Source: Leucoraja ocellata (lineage: Eukaryota). Taken from it: DNA of 64,000 nucleotides. The translations under genes were made by a program, and so were the position numbers. The first letter of the stretch is position 1. Each line of letters opens with the position of its first letter. Under the pieces are notes generated by a model that worked only from the letters and a program-made list of their open reading frames with translations, did no database searches and was not told the DNA's origin. This document shows positions 36,798 through 47,098 of this stretch, piece after piece. The DNA is taken from positions 2,170,001 through 2,234,000 of the forward strand of contig JAWMAR010000248.1 in NCBI GenBank assembly GCA_036785375.1, given 5' to 3'.

Positions 36798-39700
36798 AAA
36801 GACCATTGTCGGAGAACTGAGCTGGAGTGTTTGGAAGAGACACATTCCACAGCGAGTAACCCAGCTCAACTTCACTGATGGGTGATATGTCTGCCTTCCC
36901 AGTCTCTACCCAGTTGCTACTGTCCATCCATCAGCGCTTGTTACCAGTTTCAATGTTCAACATCTGCGGCTATTTCTGTAGCCCCCTCAACTGGTGTGGA
37001 ATTGACTTCCGGTCCAGTGAGTGCGCGCCACTTAGTGATTGCTTCTGTAACAAAATGCCAGGTGGTTATGGTTCTGGATTAGCAGGGCAGAGGCCACAAA
37101 TTCATATCCGTGCAGTTAAACACTACAAGTTGGATACGTCACAGCCTGGCTTTCCTCACTGGTCAGGGAAGCAGTGTTCTGGAGCAAACTCCCAAATGCC
37201 ACAGCAAAGGCCACCTGCCACCCAAACTCTTAAAGTCTTCAGCATAAACCTGGGCATTAGGCAGCAAAAGTTACCTTGCCAGTTTTGTTCACACACTAAA
37301 GAAAGCCAGTACTTTTAACTAAAGGGTGTGTACTGTTTGTAAGGTTATGGAATTGGGCGAGTCTTGTGAAAATATCTCTGGCTGTTCCTTCTGAAGCTAC
37401 CTGAAATGTATCATCCCAACTTGGTGACTTTGCTCACGTGTTTCAGTTGAGGTGGGTTGGAAAGGGAACACCTGCTGAGTGTAATTTTCAGCAATGTCCG
37501 AGAGACATGTACAATTATGACAACATTGGTGAAGTTGTGGAGTTGCTACATGCTGTGTCTATAAAATCACACAGTTCACAAATGGATCCTTTGGTCCACC
37601 ATCTCTATGCTGACCACCTGGTCATCTACACTAATCCCATGTACCCACATTAAGATCATATCTTTCTTCACCTCACCTTAAGTGCCTGACCATTTCCTCT
37701 GGTGCACATTGCAGGTATCAACCACTCTTAGAGTAAAAGACAGATTATCCCTCGGGTTGTATTTAGCCTCCTTTCGCAGTGACTATATTTCCCACTGTGT
37801 TTGAACTCTGGCTCTCTGCCTCACTAGTGGAGTACCGTAACCTTTCACACATACTTGTACATTGGCACTCAGTTGTAAACAACCTAGTTGTAAATGACAT
37901 CCCTGAAACTGCCTTCTCTGCAGAGCCACCCAGGCTTCTCCCTTTGACTTCAGAGTTAATTAGCCTCTCTCAGCAAGATCTGCAAAGGAATCTTTTGTCC
38001 AGGTTACCACATGATTTGTTCCCGAATAAAGGCCACATTACACAAGACGACACAAGACAAAGATCACCCACTGATCCCCAATAAAATTGTGCCTCAGATT
38101 TCTCCAGGAATCTTTCCTTTTCCTTGCAAGTTGCTGATAAAAAGTGGAGAAAACTCTCCGGGAATGGATTCAGCAAACAAACAAAATGTGAACCAGTGCT
38201 TTAATATTTGTTGCAGGGTGGTAAACATCTTCACCTGGAACTTTGGCCACTCTACTGTGACTGTCTGTGACTGCCTCTGGAATTTTAACAATATCCCTGA
38301 CTGTCTCTTATGTAACAAATATGTGAACTGTCCAATTCGGTTCCGATGTACAAACATTTTAAATCCTTTGTGCTGATTGTATTTTATCTTCAAATTGGCC
38401 ATGAAAGCCATTCAGATGCATTGCTGCGCTTTGTGTTGCTATTTCAATGTAATTAATAACTTGGTCAGAACTTCAGTTCTTGAGATCATTGAGCAAATTG
38501 TGTATTGCAGCTGAAGGGCCTGTTTCCCTGCTCCGTTTCTGATTCTAGCTGTCGCACCCTGTTGTTAGGCTGGACCAGTTACCTTCTCTTCATCATGTTT
38601 TGGCCCAAGTGGCAAGAGCTCGCCTTATGGCAGAAATTCCAGTTTTATTGGAGAAGTTTTTTGATTTTATTGCACATTCTTTTTGTAATATTTTGCTTTT
38701 GACAGTGTTTCAGTTCATGCCTAATATCCAGCAATGAGATCAAGCACTTGGCTGCTCACTTAACGTCATTCAGCCTTAATGGTATTCTGTCCATCCACAT
38801 CAAAGTGTAAATGTGCCTGCTGTAAATATAAATTAGGTGGTCTGGACATGATGTTGGCAGCCTTCATTCTGGAACTGGCTGCACACAAAGCTGCAGCAAA
38901 GATTGTAGTGGTGACTCCAGCAAACTGGTTCCTGCAAATCCATGTTCTTGGCATTGACTTCTCTGTGTTAATTTATTTTTAAGTTTATCCTGTTGTATAT
39001 TTTTTTCCAGTTACTTTTGTCCCTTAGATAGCTAATGCATTTTTCTGAAGTTAGTCCTTGGGCATTATTCAATGTGATACAAGGTGGTCCCTCACTCCAT
39101 ATGGTGTGACTAGCACGGGAATGTTACACAGTGTTGACTTGTTTTACACCAAATCCAGAGCCCATTGGATGAAAATGTGTCCCTTTTGATAACTGGCCCA
39201 TGAATATCTGCTGCCTGTGCCCTGGGCTCCCTCTTGTGGGGCACAGGCAAACAGCAACTTGTGTCCTTGTCCTGGGCTAGAACACTTATCCGCTACCTGT
39301 GGATGCCTGAACCAGTGGAATAAAACAGAGTTCACCTGTAAAGTAAATGAGCAAAAGCAAAGCATAGCTTGCAGCCACGTGTCATTTTCTTATTTAATAA
39401 AATATTTTGTCACGCAAGAGGTGCTGTTAGTATTTGGTGTGTGGGAGTAAAATACTGCAGATGCTGGAAATCTGAAATAAAAATAGAGAATGCTGGAAAC
39501 ACTCAGCAGGTCAGGCAGCATCCGTGGAAAGAGGAAAAATAAGATTAATGATTCAGTTCTGACAAGTCATCAAGCTGAAACAATAACTCTCTCTGTCCAG
39601 ATTGTCCCCGAGCTGCTGGTTGTAGTGTTCTGTGTTTTATAGTAGGGATCCTTTCACCACCAGAGACTGTTTAACCAATCATTTTACTTCAGCTGGCTGG

Positions 39701-40044
39701 CCCAAGTGTGGAACTATAATGTCAGCCAAATATGTTCCTGAGTGAAGGAGTGTTTGCAGTTTGATTGTCGGCACTCTTGTGTGTTGCTAGAATGATGCTG
39801 AAACCTTTGCTAGATACTTTAAATAAATGGGGTAAAGAGGCTCTGTGTGGAGTGTTTCTTGGTCCTCCTGCTGTGAGGAAGCATCTGGCATTGCTGGGGA
39901 GGCAGCAGAGGCAGAGAGCAGGTCCATACCCTGGAGCCAGGGGCCTTGTGGAGGATGTAGCTGCAGTCCTCATGGGGTAGACCAGCAACGTTCCTTCGTG
40001 TTAACTTTACTAAAACATAACATGGAGGAAGATTATCATTGCAT

Positions 40045-40455
40045 TGAGAGAAACAGCATGGAAACAGGCCTTCAGCCCCACTCGTCCATGCTGACCAAGA
40101 TGCACCATCTAATCTAGTCACATCTGCTCGTGTTTGGCCCATATCCCTCCAAATTTGTCCTTTCCATGTACCCATCTAAATGTCTTTCAGATGTTGTTCT
40201 AGTATCTATCTCAGTTAGCAGCTCATTCATTTTATCCACCACCCTTTGAGTGAAAAGTTGTCTCTCAATTTTGTATTAAATCTTTCCTTTCTTACCTGAA
40301 ACCTATGCCTTCTGGTTTTTGATTCCACTGCCCTGGATAAAAGACTGTGCATTCACCTTATCTATCCCCCTCATGATTTTATACGGCCTCCTGCACTCTA
40401 AGGAATAAAGTCCTAACCTGCCTAACCTTTCCATATAGCTCAGGCCCTCAAGTCA
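40045..40455 (-). mobile_element. CR1 3' fragment
   Basis: acagcatggaaacaggcccttcagccc tail plus the RT C-terminus on minus. Confidence 0.82.
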
Positions 40456-41575
40456 TACCCGGCATCCTTCTCTCCTGGGTTTTTCTCCTTAAATCTAGAA
40501 ACTACTGTCTCGTTCCTATTACGCTCCGTGCACTGTGCACACACACTATGCCCTTGTGTGGTTAATTGTATGTATTGCTTGCCTTTTGGTTAAATTGGAA
40601 GGAATTCCAACAATGCTCTCCTCTTGCCTACTTTTGACCCATCTCTGAGAACCTCTGACTATCCCCAGGGAGTGTGAAGCACTCCACCTTCCCAAATCAT
40701 CGCGGATGCATGTGTCAGCAATGTCAGAAGCGACGCCTTCCAAATGCGACAGCGAGCCAAGTTATCTTGGCAGGCAGAGGTTAAACATGTTATTGAAGAA
40801 CAGGGGCATTCTCCCAGTGTCGTGGTCTGCTACTCATCCTGGGTCAACCCCAGAAACAGGCGATGGGCCATTCCTCCTGCTGCTTGAGTTTACAAACTAG
40901 TGCCACACTGGCAGCGGAGGTGTATATAAATATTTCTGAGGTACAGTACACATTGCAAGTGTTTCTTTAAACGTGAGCTGAACCATTGAAGTAATTAGTG
41001 TAGGAGGTACATTCCAACATCCCTCTCTGGTCACCTGGAACCTTGTCATTCCCAGAGGCATGCTGCTGGTGTCCAGGATGACCATGGGGAGGGAGGTGAA
41101 TAAAAGGAGTCTAATTCAAGTGGAGATTATTGTATGCGCAAGTACAGTGAGGTAAAGGTGCAATAGAAACCTTGCTCGCCAGATTGCTCACAACACACTG
41201 GTCAATTAGATGTTTGAGACACCAGAGATTGCAGATGCTGAAATAAGAAGCATAAACACAAACAGCTAGAGGAACTCGGAGGGCAGGCGGCATCTGTAAG
41301 GCCGTGTGTGGGATGGTTGACATTTTGGGTCTGGACCCTGCACCGTGCACTGTGCACACACATGATCTTTGGGAGGACCTGCGTATGTGGATGCAAGGTG
41401 CACCTTGATGCACTCTGTGGAGAGTTGGGAAGAAATATTGGTGGGGCGGGTGGTGCCTCATGCTGGCCCTGGGTTCAGTGTTGTGAGTGAACATGTTCAC
41501 TTTGTCCTCTGGGTAAAGAGATGTTGAAATGGGGATTGTGTTGCAGTGATTTATTATTCCCCTCTTCACCTTCAG

Positions 41576-41724
41576 GCCATCGATGCAGTCACAGCAATCC
41601 TTCGGGCCTTCACCCCCGCCGATGAACAAGATGCACAGCATGGGGAACAAGCTGCCTTCGGTCAGCCAGCTCATCAGCCCCCAACGCAACACACTCTCAC
41701 AGGCCGCCATGCCGGGCAACATGG
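41576..41724 (+). CDS. TP63: TP63 exon 11 ([39 protein letters not shown]...)
   Basis: cttcAG / GTaagt; 149 nt; [10 protein letters not shown] motif. Confidence 0.96.
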
Positions 41725-42026
41725 GTAAGTGCCATCTTCACATTCCTTCCCGTGCTCACCTGCCTCACCCTCCCTGGCCAAAGGGCATCCCTCTTCTCCA
41801 TCTCCTCCCATCTCCAGCACCAACTCCACCCTAATCTCTCAGGACCACACTGCCCTCTAGCTCGTCTGTCCATTTCTGAATTGCCAAACTTTGTTGTTGG
41901 CCTGGCTAGGAGCTGTTTCCAATTGGTCCCCCTCTGCGCCAGAACATATTCACATTGTCAATGGGTATATCCTGGTGTCGGCTCCATCCAATTTTCACTC
42001 TGTGCATTCCTTCTCCCTCCTCTGTG

Positions 42027-42306
42027 GGAGGCACAATGGCGCAGCAGTAGCGCTTCTGCCTCAACGACCTTGGTTCGATCCTGGCTCTGGGTGCTGTCTG
42101 TATGAAGTTTATCCATTCCCCCTGTGACCTCATGGGTTTGTTCCAGGTGCTCTTGTTTTCTCCCACAGTCCAAAGAAGTGCATATTTTGGGTTAATTGCC
42201 TTCTGTAAATTGTCACCAGTATGTAGGAATAACAAGTGTGATCACTGGTCGGCGCGGACTCGATGGGCCAAAGGGCCTGTTTCCGTGCTGTATCTCTAAA
42301 CTAAAC
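42027..42306 (+). mobile_element. tRNA-derived SINE (HE1-like), near full length
   Basis: A box TGGCGCAGCAG, B box GGTTCGATCC, tail gggcctgtttccgtgctgtatctctaaactaaac. Confidence 0.88.
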
Positions 42307-42829
42307 AAAGGATAGGGGACCTTGCACTAGGATAGGGATAGTGGGGCGGACAGGTGCCGCTCTTTTACCAGGCTAAGCGTTGAACTGCCTAGTATTTGCG
42401 ATTAGTCAGTGAGCCAGTGTTCAGGGCCTTAAGTGAAGGTTCCATTTTCAGATATCGAGTCACGTTGGGACAGTTGAAGGTGATACCTTGAGTGGCGGAA
42501 TGGTCGTTGACACTTTCCCTCCGACTCTGACACAGTGATGGCTGCTGATCAGGGCTACACCTCGACCAGAACTCATCTCCAGCACCGCGGCAGGGAAGGG
42601 GGTGGGACGAGGAATGAGGCGGGGCTTTGTGGGAATATCTCCTGTGGCCGTGATAGCTCAACCCAGTACCCCCGGCACCGTGGGCAGTGGAAGAGTTCAA
42701 GGAATCCAGGTCTGTCCTCTGGAGCCACGCCACAGGCTCTAGCAGCTGGTGTGTTAGGCAGGAGAGGAGAGCGGCGGCAAAGGATCCGTTTCCTCCCTCC
42801 CCCTTCTCCGTCCGCGACCTTGTTCCCTT

Positions 42830-43115
42830 CCTACAGGGAGGAGTCTAAGACTAGAAGCCATAGCCCCAAAATAAAAGGACAAATCTTTAGGAAGGAGATG
42901 AGGAGGAATTTAATTAGCCTATCTGTGAATTCATTGCCACAGATGGTTGTGGAGGCCAAGTCATTGGGTATTTTAAGACAGATACTTGATTGGTAAGGGT
43001 GTCAGAAGTTACGGGGAGAAGGCAGGAGAATGGGGTTGAGAGGGAAAAATAGATCAGCCGTGATTGAATGGCAGAGTAGACTTGATGGGCCAAATGGCCT
43101 ACTTCTGCTCCTATG
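42830..43115 (+). mobile_element. CR1 3' fragment
   Basis: ESKTRSHS..IKG..FRKEMRRN...NSLPQ plus 3' UTR. Confidence 0.85.
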
Positions 43116-43354
43116 ACATGATCTTACATCCATCCCAGTGTCCCTCCTTGTGTACCCCTCCTCCTTCCTTCCTTCCTTCCCTCTTGCCCTCTCCGCTATG
43201 TTGCTGCCCTGCCAACTGGTGTTTGTTCCCTCATTCACTCACTCACTTTGTGAGGTGGAGGCTGGCGGGGTGAGCCAGTGCCGCGATTGGGTGGGTGTGC
43301 GTGCGAGTGTGTGAGTCTGCACATGCGTTCTGACCAGATGTTGTGTGTCCTCAG

Positions 43355-43496
43355 TGCCTCAGATGATGAGCATCCCGATGCAGATGAACGGAGAGATGAA
43401 CGGCCTGAGCCCCACGCAAGGCTTGACCTCGCCGATGGCCTCCACGTCCCACTGCACGCCCCCCCCGCCGTACCCATCGGACAACAGCATCTCCAG
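43355..43496 (+). CDS. TP63: TP63 exon 12 (VPQMMS...MNGLSPTQ...[16 protein letters not shown]; PY motif)
   Basis: cctcAG / GTcaga; 142 nt; PPPPY WW-domain ligand. Confidence 0.95.
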
Positions 43497-43629
43497 GTCA
43501 GAGGTGGTGACTCGATTCATGACTTCCTCTTTATGCTGCGTTGGTGGTGGGGTGCCTCTCGCTCTGTGTGTACCATCCCTGCAAACGGCTTCCCAAACCC
43601 TCACGCCAGCTCCCAGTCGCCTCACCTTG

Positions 43630-44105
43630 CATACAGCTTGGAAACAGGCCCGTTGGCCCAACTTGCCCATGCTGACCAACATGCCTCATCTACACCGAGT
43701 TCACCCACCTGCATTTGGCCCATATCCTTCTAAACCTTTCCTATCCATGTACTGTACCTGTCCAAATGATTTTTAAATGTCATGATAGTATCTGTCTCAA
43801 CTACCACCTCTGGCCGCTCGTTCCATACAGCCTCCAAGTTTTGTGTGAAAAAGTTGCCTCTTGGGTTCCTATTAAATCCTTTCCTCTCACACCTTTAGTC
43901 TATGTCCTCGTTCTCAATTCCCCTACTCGGAGTAAAAGACTGTGCCAGTTCTCCTCCACCCTATCTATTCCCCTCATGATCTTATACACCTCTATAAGGT
44001 CACCCTGCAGCCTCCTGCGCTGAAAGGAATGAAGCCATAGTATCGAGCCCAAGCTCTCCAATCTTGGCAACATCCTCGTAAATCTTCTCGGCACTCTTTC
44101 CAGCT
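43630..44105 (-). mobile_element. CR1 3' fragment
   Basis: The minus-strand ORF reads RRFTRMLP...RRRLQGDLIEVYKIMRGIDRV. Confidence 0.87.
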
Positions 44106-45317
44106 AAACAGCATCTGAGAACCTCTCCTGGATTACAAGCAATTAAAAGAGCTCTCTCTGCTTCTCCTGGCCTTGACAGCAGCCTGTTCCCAAGGTCCCA
44201 CCATACCCACAATGCAGCCATAGCCCTCTCAGGTCTTCCTTCGCCCGCACTCCTCACCATCCTGGTTGGAGCAGCTGGAATCTTAAGGGTCAACTCAACC
44301 TGAAGTTGGTAGTTCTGTGGATCACAGTGTGGATATGGAGAACCATGTGATCTGTTGAAGTTGTTGCACTGTGACCTAGAGCCAGCATTTAGATTGTGTG
44401 AAGCCTCTTCCCATCCCAGCGCTCTGTGAGTGTGATCCATTGAAGCCACCTCCACCCTTCCCCACCTCTCCACACCAGCCTCCGCCGCCAGAACCCTGCC
44501 CTCTTCAAACTCGGCTTTGTTGATCCTCCAGCTGTGGGTGCTGCTCACAGCTTGCCGCCCATGGTGAGCGAGGGTGGAGGAAAGCTCAGTGCAGAGTGAG
44601 AGGCTGCCAGAGCCCTGGGTTGCAGGGGGACTACTGTAACGCTGGGACACTGTAGGACTGACCAGTGGAGGAGAGCTGGCCAACTCCTGGCTGCGGGAGG
44701 GGCTGCAGCAACACCGTTGCCTATGGTCTCCAGTCTGATGCCGTTGCCCTGTGAATCACAGGTCTAGGGTTGGAGTCAAATTTGGACATTGAGAGGTAAT
44801 TCCCCAGTGAGGGTGTCTGTAATTAATTCAGAGTGGTACAGCACATAAACACCCATATCCTGTGGCTCCGTGCAAAGATTGTTCTTTAAGGGACCCCATT
44901 CTCTTCATAGTTACTCTTTCAGCCTTACTGCACTTATAGAATCTCTCAGGATTGCTTGTTCACGTATCTGCCCAAGCTCCCCACGTTCGCTCACCGACCC
45001 CGTGCGATACTGAGGGAGCACTGCAGTGTAACAGGAGCTCTCTCTGCCCACCCCCCCCCCCCCCCCCCCTGGGTTCACCCCATCATCATAGGTGCCCGCA
45101 CTGTTCCCTGGGTGTGACATTGTTCCAGTGTTTCCTACAGTGCCGCCTCCTTGGCCGAGAAGCCCCCCCTCCCCGTGGCTCTAAGCTCACACACTGCAGA
45201 CGCGCCTCTGCTTTGTGTTTCTGTCTGGCTTGCTGCCTGGTTCTGGGACGGTTTGGTGAGTTGTGAAGGAGCCTGAGAACACGCAGTGCTAATCAATCTT
45301 ATCCTCTCTGCCGACAG

Positions 45318-45411
45318 TTTCCTGGCCAGAGCCGGATGTGCATCATGTTTGGAGTATTTCACCACCCAGGGGCTGATGAATATTTACCAGATCGAGCATT
45401 TTACCATGGAT
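45318..45411 (+). CDS. TP63: TP63 exon 13, SAM domain ([32 protein letters not shown])
   Basis: cgacAG / GTgagt; 94 nt; read directly from DNA. Confidence 0.97.
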
Positions 45412-45784
45412 GTGAGTATCTGACTCTCATCTCTCTGGGTTTCATCAAGCTGCTGCCTTTATAACCTTGGTATCAACTAAAAGGTGGTGCGAGTGTGGGT
45501 CAGATCAAGCTCCTCAATATCTTGACTGTGGCTGGGAAAGCAATGTAATTGTTTACTGTCATTTGGGAGCCCCTGTGGGCCTTGGATCTCGGACAAGGTG
45601 CGTGCAGAGACGAGTGTAGGAAGTCCCCCATGCCGATGGGAGACTCCTTCCCATCTTTACTCTGTCTGACTAGGGAGCAGGCCCCGGCTCTCCTTACAGG
45701 TGATCTAACTGTCTCCCTCTGCCAGCTCCACCAAGGACCAGCCAAAGTTCAGAGTGTGAAGTCGGTGTTTGTTTGGGGAAACTA

Positions 45785-46160
45785 ACTGGAGTTTGAAAGG
45801 ATGAGGATGGACCTCATTGAAGCATCCCCAAATAGTGAAAGGCCTGGATAGAGGAGATGTGGAGAGGAAGTTTCCACTACTGGGAGGGTCTAGGACCAGA
45901 GGCCACAGCCACAGAATAAAGTGACGTACCTTTAGAATGGAGAATTAGTCAGATGATGGTAAATCTGTGCAATTCATTGCCACAGATGGCTGTGGAGGCC
46001 AAGTCATGGGTATTTTTAAGGCAGAGATTGACAAACTCTAGATTAATAAGGGTGTCAGGGCTTATGGGGAGAAGGCAAAGAATGGGGTTGAGAGAGGATA
46101 GATCACCTGTGATTGATTGGTGGAGTAGACTCGAATGGACTAGTTCTGCTCCTACTGTAT
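45785..46160 (+). mobile_element. CR1 3' fragment
   Basis: VNLCNSLPQ..VEA motif and CR1 3' UTR. Confidence 0.85.
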
Positions 46161-46801
46161 ATCATGAACATGAAATGGATACAATGCTGAGATTAAAAAA
46201 ATAAAAAATAAACTTTATTCATGATAAAATAGACCTACAGAAGAAGAACTGTGCAAAATTCCTCCACATTCTCTACGACTAATGCATTCATTAGCGTTAT
46301 ATTTGGTAGTGTTCCCAAAAATCATAATTTTACCCGGCACCCTTGCCACTCATGTGGCCCCTTGGGGTGATATCCCTTCCCTTGCCAATGCTGAGACATG
46401 GAGGGATTTGGTGCACAGTCCATTAGTTAATCCATGCAGGCAGGTGTATCCTTGTCACTTGAGTCACCTCGAGTCTTGGTAAAGGATAAGGCAGGATTCT
46501 GTGTAAATGGGAAAGGTGTATTTAAAGGGAAATGTTGGATTATCATTCAGTGAACTGTGCGGTCCCTGCCGAGCCCAGGGTCTGGACTTCATTCATCGTT
46601 TAAGGTGTTGGAGCAGAGATCTCGAGTTTGAATTCGGTACGGTTTGGACAGAGTCTGCCAACGCTGACCAAGTCTCCGGCTCGGCCTGTCCAAGTTATCG
46701 GCCTGAACGCGGCATGGGCAACATTCCACGTCAGAGCCTCTCTCTGTTTGAGTTGCTGCCTGTCAATAACTAATGCTGTCCTTTCCTCAACCCCGATTCA
46801 G

Positions 46802-47098
46802 GATCTGATCAGCCTCAAGATCCCAGATCAGTACCGCCACGCCATCTGGAAAGGAATACTTGACCACAGACAGTCTCTGGACTTCACCAACGCCCCCCAA
46901 CTCCTGAGAAACAGCAGCAGTGCTTCTACCGCCAGCCTGGGCTCCCAGAACGAGACGCGCGGTGAGCGAGTCATTGACGCTGTCCGCTTCACCCTGCGCC
47001 AGACCATCTCTTTCCCTCCCCGCGACGACTGGAATGACTTTGGGTTTGATGTGGACGGGCGCCGCAGTAAACAGCGGATCAAGGAAGAGGGAGAGTGA
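46802..47098 (+). CDS. TP63: TP63 exon 14 coding part: SAM end, TID ([10 protein letters not shown]), SUMO motif IKEE, stop
   Basis: attcAG acceptor ends at 46801; the exon ends RIKEEGE* (p63-alpha terminus); TGA at 47096-47098. Confidence 0.98.
   Translation, partial: DLISLKIPDQYRHAIWKGILDHRQSLDFTNAPQLLRNSSSASTASLGSQNETRGERVIDAVRFTLRQTISFPPRDDWNDFGFDVDGRRSKQRIKEEGE

Noticed and set aside
42027-42100. tRNA gene
   Set aside because: The A and B boxes belong to a SINE head that continues into SINE body and CR1-type tail; there is no cloverleaf.
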